Part shown: in pieces, positions 18,026 to 27,215 of the stretch
Position numbering within the stretch: position 1 is the first letter of the stretch
Layout of the letters: each line of letters opens with the position of its first letter
The notes under the pieces: model-generated
Told to the model about the DNA's origin: nothing
The model's database searches: none
The model's input: the letters and a program-made list of their open reading frames with translations, nothing else
Source: a virus
Taxonomy: Duplodnaviria; Caudoviricetes
Strand: one strand, 5' to 3'
IMG/VR virus record: IMGVR_UViG_3300037484_000394
Location: 1 to 48,272 of that record
Length of the DNA stretch: 48,272 bases
Translations under genes and position numbers: made by a program

Positions 18026-18068
18026 GATTTTCTTTAAAGGCGCAAAGTTTTGCAACCTATTTGCAACC
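18026..18068 (+). repeat. 43-bp direct repeat, copy 2
   Basis: Identical to 8596-8638. Confidence 0.9.
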
Positions 18069-18114
18069 TGTGGATTATTTACAACATGGCACAGGATGAA
18101 ACTCGGAGGCGAGC

Positions 18115-18348
18115 ATGGGCAGGCAAACCAAACTCAGGCATGAAGCAGTGATTCGAGCATACCAGAATGATTTGGGCCAGGGCGAGCGCGAGGAAGTTGA
18201 CTTTTTGGCGGACGAGTTGGACAGCCACATGGAAAATCTGGCACCTCATGTGAGGTTCAGCCACCACATGGCCGTCGAACTGCTCGGAAGTATCGGTATT
18301 TTGATGTGCCATGTGGAAGAGGCCCAACAGGTGATATCACATGGATGA
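18115..18348 (+). CDS. Hypothetical protein
   Basis: GGAGG RBS. Confidence 0.55.
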   Translation: MGRQTKLRHEAVIRAYQNDLGQGEREEVDFLADELDSHMENLAPHVRFSHHMAVELLGSIGILMCHVEEAQQVISHG

Positions 18349-18604
18349 TGAATTTGAAGATGACGACAAGCCGTGCCCAAAGTGTGGTCACCATCCGACA
18401 CGTCGTAGGTCATGTGATGTGATTGGTTGCGAGGACGGATGGATTGACATGTACGAGTATGATGATCCACTCTGGTATGATCCCGGAGAATTGGAGCGAT
18501 GCCCTGAGTGCCACGGCAAAGGAGGTTTCTGGTGGTGTCCAGAGTGCGGGTTTGATATGTACCTATGTGCGTCAGCCCAACAAGCAACTGCGATTGAGAG
18601 ATAG
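18341..18604 (+). CDS. Cys-rich zinc-binding protein
   Basis: CPKCG, CPECHGKG and CPECG motifs. Confidence 0.7.
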   Translation: MDDEFEDDDKPCPKCGHHPTRRRSCDVIGCEDGWIDMYEYDDPLWYDPGELERCPECHGKGGFWWCPECGFDMYLCASAQQATAIER

Positions 18605-18605
18605 C

Positions 18606-21600
18606 ATGGATTCAATCACTGAAGAGATCAAGAGTCGAATAGACATCGTTGACTTAGTGGCCGAGACGGTGAAGTTGAAGCATACGGGCCACAGCTTTAC
18701 GGGGCTTTGCCCGTTCCACTCGAATACCAAGACGTCGGCGTTCGTGGTGTGGGCAGAGACGGGGACATGGAAGTGCTTTGGCGCGTGCAACACGGGCGGA
18801 GATATTTTCTCGTTCGTGATGAAGCGCGATGGATTGGAGTTCCGCGAGGCGCTGGAGAGGTTGGCAGCGCGCGCGGGCGTGGAATTGCGTCAGATGACCC
18901 CGGCAGAGCGGGAGAAAATCCAGACGGAACGCAAGCGGCAGGATGCGGTCGAGGGATTGCTGACGCGGGCAGCAGAGTTCTTTTACAAGCAGTTGTGGAC
19001 CCCACCCCCAGCCCCTCCCCTGGCGAATACGCCAGGAGAGGGGAGTAAAGAGGAACGGCAGGCCAAGGGGTTGATGTTCGCGCGCAGTCGGGCGTTGAGC
19101 GATGAACATTTGCAGGCGGCCCGGTGGGGCTGGTCGGGAGCTGACAATGCGCTCTTTGATGCGATAAAGAAGGCGGATGGGAGCCTGCTTCCGTTGGCGC
19201 GTGAGATCGGGCTGCTGCGTGCGGACGGCCGGGACTTTTCCGCGAACGCTGAAGGCGACATGGTATCGCCAGACGGGTGGCTGATCTACCCGCATCATCG
19301 CGGTGGCAAGGTGGTGTATTTCAGCGGGAGGGCGGTGAGCCAGGTTGATGGCGGGGACAAGAGCCGGAACATGCCCGGTTCTCGGCAAGTGTACCGAGCG
19401 GATGGGAACATAATAAGTCTTATATTACCCGCCGACAAATTGGTCTTGGTGGAGGGGCCAGCCGATGCTGAGAGCTGCCGGGCGTGGGGATTGGCGGCTT
19501 GGGCGATGTGCGGCGCTCCGGTGAGCGACGATGAGAACGGCAAGGCGACGCTGGACGTGCTGCGGAAGCGGGCCGAGCACAGCACACTCTATGCGGCGAT
19601 GAGTAACGACGTGGCAGGGCAGAGATTCGCGGATAAGGTCGGAGAGTTGATCAGTCCGCTGGTGCGGATCGTGTTATGGCCGAGGGCCGAGGGAGATAAG
19701 AAGAGCGACGCCAACGATCTGCTCAAGGCCGGGGGAACTGCGGAGCAAGTGTTCGCGCTGCTGGAGGAATCGCCAACGTATCTGGACACGCAGGTGCAGA
19801 GGGCATCCAGGCAGCGAGACGTGAAGAAGCGGGCGACGGAGATCGAGCACCTGGCCGAGTTGGTGGCCAAGTTGGACGAGACTGAGCGGCGCATTTACGT
19901 CAACGACATCGGCGAGCAGAAGGGACTTGACATATCGCGGCGCGAGTTCGAGCGGATGGTGGCAGAACGGTTGCCGAGGCCAGAGGAGAGTGGGACACAG
20001 TACCAGGTGATCCGGGGGCGGATGTGCCACATGACCTACGATCGGGTTGGGGAGCGACTGCCGGCGCCCCTATTTCAGGGCGTGATTAGGATCATGGGCG
20101 ACGTGGTGGAGGACGATGGCGAGGAGCAGGTGAGGCGGTTCGAGATCGAGGGGGCATTGCCGGACGGCAAGCCCTTGTCAAAGATCGAGGTGGAGGCGAA
20201 CGAGTTCGCGCAGATGAACTGGCTGCTGAATAAATGGGGAACAAAGGCAATCATGACGGCAGGCGGAGCCGTGAAGGAACATTTGCGCGCAGCAATCTTG
20301 ACGCTGAGCAACGACGTGAAGACGCGCTATGACTATTCGCACCTTGGATGGCGTGAGATGGACGGGAGGAAGGTCTATCTATCCGCGGCCGGCGCGGTTG
20401 GTCTGGATAACGTGCGGGTGCAGGTGGGGCACGATATGTCATTCTATCGGTTGCCGAGTTCGCCTGTGAATGTGCCGGACGCAGTGCGAGCGAGCCTGAG
20501 GTTCTTGAACGTTGGCACGTCTCACGCGACAATCCCGCTGTGGGCGGCGATGTACCTGGCACCACTTTCATCCATCATTCCGCCTACGTTCACGATTTGG
20601 CTCTTTGGGACGACGGGCAGCTTGAAAAGCACCAGCACAGCATTGGCGATGTGTCACTATGGCAAGTTCACGTATAACTCCCCGCCGGCGAGTTGGACCG
20701 CCACGGCAAATGCGTTGGAACGAATGACGTTCCTGTGCAAAGACACTCCGATGTGGATTGACGACTTTACTGCCCAGTCTACTTTTTCCGGGAATAACGA
20801 GCTGAGGGTAAAGTCAGATCAACTGTTGAGGAATTGGGGCAACCGGACGGGGCGGAACCGAATGCAGGCCGACCTGAAATTGCGCAAGACATTCATCCCG
20901 CGTGGGCTCATCATCAGCACGGCAGAGATTTTGCCCCCCAACCGCTCGATTTTATCCAGGCTATTTGCAATCGAGTTCAGCCCAGACGATGTGACGCGCG
21001 GGGACGGCAGCGCACTTTCGCTGGCACAGGTGAATGACGCGCCGCTTTACCCGCACGCGATGGCCGGATATTTGATGTGGTTGAGCGAGCGATATGCTAC
21101 GTTGGAGCAAGAGTTGCCGGATCGGCTGCGCGCGTACACGGAGAGAGCGCGAACGGAAGGCAAGCATTTGCGTTTGCCCGGCAACGTAGCCGAGATGTTC
21201 ATTGGGCTTGAGATGGGATTGACATTTGCGCGCTCAGTGGATGCGCTCGACCAGGAAACGGTAGACGCACTGAAAGAGATCGGATGGGCGACGTTGGTAG
21301 AGATCGGCGATCACCAAGCGCAGGACGTTGACAGCGAGGACCCGGTGGCAATGTACATGGTGGCCCTTGAGGAGATGATGGCGCAAGGTTCGATCTATCT
21401 CCGTGGCAAGGAGCATCAGGGAGATGAATTCATCATGCCTGCCTCGTTGCGCAATAGGGCATTGGGGGCGGCACAAATGTTAGGGTGGTACGACAAGCAA
21501 TTTTGGTACTTGATGCCAGGGGCAACATTCAACGCGGTCGCAGATTTCTATAAGCGCGGGATGACGGTGTTCCCGGACACGGAGCGCGGGCTACGAAAGA

Positions 21601-21782
21601 AATTGATTGAGCGGGGGATGTCGTTGCCCAGCGACGGCCGGATGGTGTACCAACTCAGGTTGGGAGACGAGTTCCAATGGGTACTGCGGATACGCAAGGC
21701 TGGAAATCTTGAAAACCTGGAGCCTATCCCAGAAAGTGATTACAGTGATAACAGTGATAACAGTGATAACATCAAAGAATAA
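18606..21782 (+). CDS. DNA primase (CHC2 zinc finger plus Toprim) fused to a DUF927-like helicase/ATPase
   Basis: GLCPFH...WKCFGAC, VEGPAD, DANDLL; Walker A GTTGSLKS and Walker B WIDD. Confidence 0.9.
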   Translation: MDSITEEIKSRIDIVDLVAETVKLKHTGHSFTGLCPFHSNTKTSAFVVWAETGTWKCFGACNTGGDIFSFVMKRDGLEFREALERLAARAGVELRQMTPAEREKIQTERKRQDAVEGLLTRAAEFFYKQLWTPPPAPPLANTPGEGSKEERQAKGLMFARSRALSDEHLQAARWGWSGADNALFDAIKKADGSLLPLAREIGLLRADGRDFSANAEGDMVSPDGWLIYPHHRGGKVVYFSGRAVSQVDGGDKSRNMPGSRQVYRADGNIISLILPADKLVLVEGPADAESCRAWGLAAWAMCGAPVSDDENGKATLDVLRKRAEHSTLYAAMSNDVAGQRFADKVGELISPLVRIVLWPRAEGDKKSDANDLLKAGGTAEQVFALLEESPTYLDTQVQRASRQRDVKKRATEIEHLAELVAKLDETERRIYVNDIGEQKGLDISRREFERMVAERLPRPEESGTQYQVIRGRMCHMTYDRVGERLPAPLFQGVIRIMGDVVEDDGEEQVRRFEIEGALPDGKPLSKIEVEANEFAQMNWLLNKWGTKAIMTAGGAVKEHLRAAILTLSNDVKTRYDYSHLGWREMDGRKVYLSAAGAVGLDNVRVQVGHDMSFYRLPSSPVNVPDAVRASLRFLNVGTSHATIPLWAAMYLAPLSSIIPPTFTIWLFGTTGSLKSTSTALAMCHYGKFTYNSPPASWTATANALERMTFLCKDTPMWIDDFTAQSTFSGNNELRVKSDQLLRNWGNRTGRNRMQADLKLRKTFIPRGLIISTAEILPPNRSILSRLFAIEFSPDDVTRGDGSALSLAQVNDAPLYPHAMAGYLMWLSERYATLEQELPDRLRAYTERARTEGKHLRLPGNVAEMFIGLEMGLTFARSVDALDQETVDALKEIGWATLVEIGDHQAQDVDSEDPVAMYMVALEEMMAQGSIYLRGKEHQGDEFIMPASLRNRALGAAQMLGWYDKQFWYLMPGATFNAVADFYKRGMTVFPDTERGLRKKLIERGMSLPSDGRMVYQLRLGDEFQWVLRIRKAGNLENLEPIPESDYSDNSDNSDNIKE

Positions 21783-21836
21783 TTAGCGATTACATCTTTG
21801 TTATCAAAGTTATCAAATTAATCATGTAATCACTGC
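21735..21836. repeat. Putative replication origin: 9-bp iterons (CAGTGATAA)x3 with inverted GTTATCA/GTAATCA copies, AT-rich
   Basis: Seen at the 3' end of the primase gene. Confidence 0.55.
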
Positions 21837-21893
21837 TAGGGGAGAGGTAAGATCATGAGAATTTTTCTTTCTGACATTATGTTGCTTGATTGG

Positions 21894-21965
21894 TTTCTTG
21901 AGCACGAAATAACTGGCAGAGTTTCGTGCGCAGGAAATAACGGGTGGAGTTTCGTGCGCAGGAAA
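21894..21965. repeat. Three 16-bp palindromes of the TTTCGTGCGCACGAAA type, 28-bp period
   Basis: Copies start at 21894, 21922 and 21950. Confidence 0.85.
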
Positions 21966-21992
21966 CTAAGCGGGAGATAGGGAGATGAGGAG

Positions 21993-22253
21993 ATGAAGAC
22001 AGAGTTTTATGCGGATAGAAAGGCGGAGTTGGCGAGGGTGAAACAACAGCAGGCTGAGCCATTCGCGCGGGCGATTCAGAATGTGGGCAATGAGGATGTG
22101 AGGGCAGCGATTGTGCATCTTCGGGGCAAGGCGGTGCGGGTGATCGGTCACTGGCGTAAGGCGTGGACACATGAAGATGTGCAAGCAGTGGAGACGTTGA
22201 TATGGTTCTGTCTGACACTGGCGAAGGATATGCAACGGGGAGGTGGGATGTGA
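21993..22253 (+). CDS. Hypothetical protein
   Basis: GAGGAG RBS. Confidence 0.6.
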   Translation: MKTEFYADRKAELARVKQQQAEPFARAIQNVGNEDVRAAIVHLRGKAVRVIGHWRKAWTHEDVQAVETLIWFCLTLAKDMQRGGGM

Positions 22254-22870
22254 ATCTGCGATCAGCGAATGATGTTGCGAAAGAGGTGATCGGGGCGCTG
22301 TGGCCGGCGTGCGAGCGGGTGGAGGTGTCCGGGAGCGTTCGGCGTAGGAAGTTGGAGCCGAAGGATATCGAGATCGTGTTCATCCCGAGGCTGGTGGAGT
22401 TTCCGGTGGACATGTTCAACACGGCGCGGGGACCAGCAACGGACTTGGTAGTGGATCGGCTGGTGGAGCAGAAGGTGTTGGCCTGGGACGAGGTTGTGAA
22501 ACGGAATGGGCCGCGCTACAAGCGGCTGATCCACGTGGCGCAAAATGTGGTAGTGGAGTTGTTCGCAGCACAAGCGGATAACTGGGGGCTGATCCTGGCG
22601 CTGCGGACCGGGCCGAGTGATTTCAACAAGATGTTGGTATCGCATCCATGGCAGGGGGGAGCGATGCCAATGGACATGATGATGCAGGATGGTTACTTGT
22701 GGCGGCGGGGGGAGAAGCTGGCTAGCCCGACCGAGGAAGTGTTTTTCGTGCAGATGAACTTGCCATGCTGGTCGCCGGAGGTGCGCAGTGTGGAGAGGTT
22801 GAGCACGCACTTGGATATGGTGCGGAGGCAACGGGCGTTGAGAAACGATAATCTGGTTCGGGACACATAA
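22250..22870 (+). CDS. DNA polymerase X-family (Pol beta-like) minimal nucleotidyltransferase
   Basis: GSVRR...KDIEIV, VELF, WG...LRTGPSDFN, TEEVFF. Confidence 0.85.
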   Translation: MNLRSANDVAKEVIGALWPACERVEVSGSVRRRKLEPKDIEIVFIPRLVEFPVDMFNTARGPATDLVVDRLVEQKVLAWDEVVKRNGPRYKRLIHVAQNVVVELFAAQADNWGLILALRTGPSDFNKMLVSHPWQGGAMPMDMMMQDGYLWRRGEKLASPTEEVFFVQMNLPCWSPEVRSVERLSTHLDMVRRQRALRNDNLVRDT

Positions 22871-22887
22871 GACTAGTTATAGGACAT
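22860..22887 (-). other. dif-like site (minus strand ATGTCCTATAA-CTAGTC-TTATGTGTCCC)
   Basis: Matches the consensus; contains the PolX stop codon. Confidence 0.75.
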
Positions 22888-22942
22888 GGTGCTCGACACG
22901 GATTGCGCGGGTACGCGCACACGGATACACGGATGGCAGAGG

Positions 22943-24751
22943 ATGACAATGAAGAAATGGATAGTGCGAGCTGCGGATTTGTTTTGTGGCGGCGGGGGAA
23001 CCTCAACGGGGTTGAAGCTGGCGTGCGAGGAACTTGGGCTTGACATCAGTCTGATCGCTGTGAATCACTGGGATTTGGCGATTGAGACTCACAGCGTCAA
23101 CCATCCCGACGTGAAACACGTATGCGATGACCTGGAACGATTGGATCCACGCAAACTAGTTCCGAGTGGCAAGCTGAGAATCATGGTGGCCTCGCCTGAA
23201 TGCACGCACTTTTCCAACGCACGGGGCGGCGAGCCGATGAGCAAGCAGAGCCGGGCGACGATCAAGCATGTTATCCGGTGGTGTTCAACGCTTGACATTC
23301 AAGACGTGCTGATCGAGAACGTGCGCGAGTTTATGCACTGGGGACCATTGCATCGCAAGGGACAACAGAAAGGTCGCCCGATCATGGCGCGCAGGGGGGA
23401 ATATTTCCGGCGCTTTGTATCCAAGCTGGAAAAGCAGGGTTATCGGGTGGAGTGGCGTGTGCTGTGCGCGGCGGACTATGGAGATCCGACGACGCGCGAG
23501 CGTTTGTTCATCCGAGCGCGCAAAGGAAACAAGACCATCTTATGGCCGGAGGCGACACATTCCAAGACGGGCGGGGAAACGTTTTTTGGGCGCGTTCCGC
23601 AATGGGTTCCAGCGCGCGAGATCATTGATTGGTCAAAGCCAGGCGGGAGTATTTTCAATCGAGCCAAGCCGCTAGCGCCGAACACGCTCAAGCGAATCGA
23701 GGCGGGGTTGCGCAAGTTTTGCGGGCTATCATTCGTGCTACCACTTGAAGGATTCTTTCGAGGCAACCAGCCGAGATCTGTGGACGAGCCATTGCCGACA
23801 ATCGTGGCGAGCCGTGGCGGCGGGTACGTGGTCAATCCGTTCCTGGTGAAGCTGTACAAGAGTTGCGATGTTGCTTCTATAGAAGACCCTCTTCCGACTG
23901 TGACAGCACAAGCGGGACATCTTGGATTGGCTCAGCCGTTCCTGGTCAAGTATTACCGTGGCAGCGACGCCGTTTCAGTTGATGAACCTGTTCCAGCAGT
24001 GACGGCGAACTATGAACACATGGGATTGGCGCAACCGTTCATCCTAGGCATTCGCGGTGGGAACGATGGATACATGCGTGGTGTTTCGGTTGACGAGCCC
24101 GTGCCAGCGGTGACGGGTCATCCGGCGCTGGCGCTGGTGGATCCCTTTATCGTGGCGTGCAATCATGGCAAAGAGTCTGGAAGAGTTTATTCGACTGAAG
24201 AGCCTTTCCCGACTGTGACGAGTGTGGATGCGTGGGGCGTGATCAATCCATTCATTGTGCAGATGGACTTTGCTAGGAATATGCACCTGCAATCGGTAGA
24301 TAAACCGTTGGGGACAATCACGAGCGCGGATGGGCGTGGACTAGTGACTCCATTTTTGATTCAGTATCACGGCGCGTCGTATCCGGGCGGTGATCGCGTC
24401 CGCTCAATTGATGATCCGATGGCGACGCTGGGCGCGCAAGGAATTCAGCAGGGATTGGTGCAGCCGTTTCTCGTGCGATACAACGGGGTGGGTATCGGAC
24501 AAGCGGTTGACGAACCGCTTGGGACGGTAACGGGGAAAGATCGGTTTGCTCTGGTCGTGCCAACAACCGAAGGGCCATTCCTGTTGGATATTCTTTTCAG
24601 GATGTTACAGCCGCATGAGCTGGCGGCTGCGATGAGTTTTCCAAGGTCATACGTGTTCGTCGGCAATCGTGAAGAGAAGGTGAAACAAATTGGGAACGCC
24701 GTGCCGGTTAACCTGGCAAAGGCATTGTGCAAGGCAATGTTGGCCAAGTAG
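22943..24751 (+). CDS. DNA (cytosine-5)-methyltransferase
   Basis: DLFCGGGG, SPEC, ENV, R.R and QIGNAVP motifs; repeated S(V/I)DEP(L/V)PT(V/I)T units. Confidence 0.92.
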   Translation: MTMKKWIVRAADLFCGGGGTSTGLKLACEELGLDISLIAVNHWDLAIETHSVNHPDVKHVCDDLERLDPRKLVPSGKLRIMVASPECTHFSNARGGEPMSKQSRATIKHVIRWCSTLDIQDVLIENVREFMHWGPLHRKGQQKGRPIMARRGEYFRRFVSKLEKQGYRVEWRVLCAADYGDPTTRERLFIRARKGNKTILWPEATHSKTGGETFFGRVPQWVPAREIIDWSKPGGSIFNRAKPLAPNTLKRIEAGLRKFCGLSFVLPLEGFFRGNQPRSVDEPLPTIVASRGGGYVVNPFLVKLYKSCDVASIEDPLPTVTAQAGHLGLAQPFLVKYYRGSDAVSVDEPVPAVTANYEHMGLAQPFILGIRGGNDGYMRGVSVDEPVPAVTGHPALALVDPFIVACNHGKESGRVYSTEEPFPTVTSVDAWGVINPFIVQMDFARNMHLQSVDKPLGTITSADGRGLVTPFLIQYHGASYPGGDRVRSIDDPMATLGAQGIQQGLVQPFLVRYNGVGIGQAVDEPLGTVTGKDRFALVVPTTEGPFLLDILFRMLQPHELAAAMSFPRSYVFVGNREEKVKQIGNAVPVNLAKALCKAMLAK

Positions 24752-24779
24752 GCGGCGCACAAATTGAATGGAGGATACG

Positions 24780-25916
24780 ATGGACGACAAGATCAAGACG
24801 GTTGCGGTTCCGAGTGTGGTGGGCGTCGGGTCAATGGACGCGGGGGGACTGACGCTGGCGAATGTGGCGCACGGGAGGAGCGGGCTAAAGAATCGCCCGG
24901 CCCGGGTGGCGTTCGATGGCGTTGAGTATCTGGTGGGGCACAACGTGGAGTTTTACGCGCGCCCGATTGAGCGGATGGACTTTGCCCGGTTCGTGGATGG
25001 GCCGGAGCTCCGGGCGTTGCTGTACGCGACGTTGCACCAGTCGCTGGGAGACGGGCAAAATCGGATTGCGCTAGCCATTGGGCTGCCGGTGGAGATGCTT
25101 CAGGACAAGTTCCAGGCGGCCAGCATCGAGGCAGCCATGACGAACTGGATGGTCGGGCAGCATCGCTTTGCGGTGGATGATCTGAATGTGGAATTCGAGA
25201 TCGTTGGGCTGCGGGCAAAGATCGCGCAGCCGGTGGCAACGTGGTTCGATTGGGGGCTGGACCTGAACGGCCAATGGGCGCGGGGACGGGTGGCAATCCA
25301 CGCGCCGGTGCTGGTGATTGACCACGGGTTCAACACGCTCGACCTGGTGGCGGTGGACGGCGGACAGATCAGCACGCGGTACACGTCGGGGGATACGTTG
25401 GGGATGCGCCGGGCTGCGGAGATGACGGCTGAAAATGTGCGGCGCCAGCATAATGTAGAGCTTTCTCTGCATGAGGCGGACGACCTGGTGCGCAGTGCGC
25501 TGAGCAATAAGAAGGCGCAGATCTATGTGCAGGGCGAGCTGGTGGATGTGACGGCGCAGGTTCGGCAGGCGATCAACAGTCTGGCGACGGACGTTGTACG
25601 GTTCATTGAGCGAAGTGTTGGGACGGCTGGCAAGTTCAAGGTGCTGTTGACGGGCGGCGGGGCGCTGGCGTTGGCGGCTCGGTTGACGCAGCAGTTTCGT
25701 CATGCGGAGGTGGTGCCGGATGCTGTCACGGCGAATGCCCGCGGGTTGGCGAAGTTGGCGCGGCGGCCAGGGTTTTTGGTGAAGGCGGATGAGGAGGGCG
25801 CGGAGGGAATACGGTTGATCGGGTTGGATCCTGGATTTGGGGCCGTGAAGTGCGCGGAGGTGGTAGCCCCCACCCCCATCCCCTCCCCCGTCGAGGACGA
25901 CAGGAGAGGGGCATAG
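24780..25916 (+). CDS. ParM/StbA-family actin-like ATPase, apparently circularly permuted
   Basis: VPSVV, IGLP, QP, VIDHGFNTLD, LLTGGGA, ANARG in order; phosphate-1 motif IGLDPGFGAVK at the C-terminus. Confidence 0.85.
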   Translation: MDDKIKTVAVPSVVGVGSMDAGGLTLANVAHGRSGLKNRPARVAFDGVEYLVGHNVEFYARPIERMDFARFVDGPELRALLYATLHQSLGDGQNRIALAIGLPVEMLQDKFQAASIEAAMTNWMVGQHRFAVDDLNVEFEIVGLRAKIAQPVATWFDWGLDLNGQWARGRVAIHAPVLVIDHGFNTLDLVAVDGGQISTRYTSGDTLGMRRAAEMTAENVRRQHNVELSLHEADDLVRSALSNKKAQIYVQGELVDVTAQVRQAINSLATDVVRFIERSVGTAGKFKVLLTGGGALALAARLTQQFRHAEVVPDAVTANARGLAKLARRPGFLVKADEEGAEGIRLIGLDPGFGAVKCAEVVAPTPIPSPVEDDRRGA

Positions 25917-26156
25917 ATGGGAAGGCCAGCAGCAGCGGGAGAGGTATTCTATTTGGGACGGCTCAGGTGGCGGCCGGGGGATGCGCTTGAGTTGCGCGAG
26001 TTGCTGGCTGAGATCGAGAAGGCCGGGCCGGGGCGGCACGACGAGATTTTGCGGGCGGCGTTGACCGGCGGGTTGGCGCAGGGACGGGCGCAGGCGGCGG
26101 TGGTCGAGGACGGACAAACGGCGGAGACGCTGGATGAGTTGCTGGAAGGGTTCTAA
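25917..26156 (+). CDS. Small ParR-like partner protein
   Basis: Abuts parM; basic N-terminus and acidic/hydrophobic tail TLDELLEGF. Confidence 0.55.
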   Translation: MGRPAAAGEVFYLGRLRWRPGDALELRELLAEIEKAGPGRHDEILRAALTGGLAQGRAQAAVVEDGQTAETLDELLEGF

Positions 26157-26157
26157 G

Positions 26158-26201
26158 TTTCGTGCGCACGAAATGGCAGGGGTAGTTTCGTGCGCAGGAA
26201 A
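26158..26201. repeat. Two 16-bp palindromes (one perfect), 28-bp period; parC/parS candidate
   Basis: Copies start at 26158 and 26186, immediately after the ParR-like stop codon. Confidence 0.85.
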
Positions 26202-26246
26202 TTTTGATTGTCACAGGGATGTCGGAATAGCATAGAATGATGAATA

Positions 26247-26274
26247 GGAACACATAATGGCGGTTATAAGACAT
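26247..26274 (-). other. dif-like site (minus strand ATGTCTTATAA-CCGCCA-TTATGTGTTCC)
   Basis: Matches the consensus; left border of the FtsK cassette. Confidence 0.75.
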
Positions 26275-26285
26275 GGGAGGTTGAG

Positions 26286-27215
26286 ATGATTGGAAAACGA
26301 TTGCTGTTCGCAATGCTGATAGTGTTGGCTTTGGGGCTAACGGCTTGTGGCGCCGTCATTGATTCTGAGGGGGCAAAGATCGGCGATCCGAAACGCTTTG
26401 CAGAAGCGACGCACGTCGCGCGCATGTCTGAGGAATCCGTGCACGCCACGTCAACCGCGGTCAGTCTGCAAACGACACGAACGGCGGCAGAGATTTCAGC
26501 GCAAGCCACGCGGACAATAGCGGACATCACGGCGCGCGCGACTGCTGAGGCGATTGCCCATGATAAGGCGCAGGCCGATGCGGACAAGGTGAGAGCAGAG
26601 GCAACCGTAGCACTTGCCAAAGCAAAAACGGAAGTGGACGCGCAACCAGCAGAAGCGCGCGGAAAAGCGACGGCTTATCTTTTGGGGTGGGCCGGACTTG
26701 GAGTTGGTGTGTTGGTGATGGCGGTGGGCCTGGCCTTTGGTGTTGTGGCGTGGGTGAACAAGCGGGCAACCGTGATCTATCCAAACGCACAAGGTCAGTT
26801 TCCGCTTGTACCTGAGCGCGGCCTCGGCTACACTATCTATCACGATCCCAACCGGGCACTTGGACCCGGCACGGTCGTCAATCGCCCTGGCCTGGCCGAG
26901 GCCATTACGCATGTGATCCTGCTTGCGCAAGGCAGGGAGAAACCGCAAGCGCCTGGGGCAGCGTATCCAGAGACGGCAAGCGAGCAGGCCATGCTCCAGA
27001 TCGGCACAGGCGCTCAGCTTGTCCAAAATGAAGTTGCCAAGCAGAGTGGGCGTCCCAGGTTTATGTTCGGGTTCATGCAATCGCCGGGAGTGCAGCCGAC
27101 CGGAGCTCATGGGCAGACGCGCCACGGCCGTATGCCTCAAGTCGCCGTGATCAATGATCCAAAGCAGATAGAGCACTTTGAGCAAAAGTTGCTTAACGAG
27201 GGTGATGATGAATAA
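26286..27215 (+). CDS. Putative lipoprotein with internal TM helix
   Basis: LTAC lipobox, Ala/Thr-rich helical region, TM segment near residues 130-156. Confidence 0.7.
   Translation: MIGKRLLFAMLIVLALGLTACGAVIDSEGAKIGDPKRFAEATHVARMSEESVHATSTAVSLQTTRTAAEISAQATRTIADITARATAEAIAHDKAQADADKVRAEATVALAKAKTEVDAQPAEARGKATAYLLGWAGLGVGVLVMAVGLAFGVVAWVNKRATVIYPNAQGQFPLVPERGLGYTIYHDPNRALGPGTVVNRPGLAEAITHVILLAQGREKPQAPGAAYPETASEQAMLQIGTGAQLVQNEVAKQSGRPRFMFGFMQSPGVQPTGAHGQTRHGRMPQVAVINDPKQIEHFEQKLLNEGDDE

Noticed and set aside
21894-21965. CRISPR array
   Set aside because: Only 2-3 units per cluster, 16-bp repeats with 12-bp spacers, and no cas genes.
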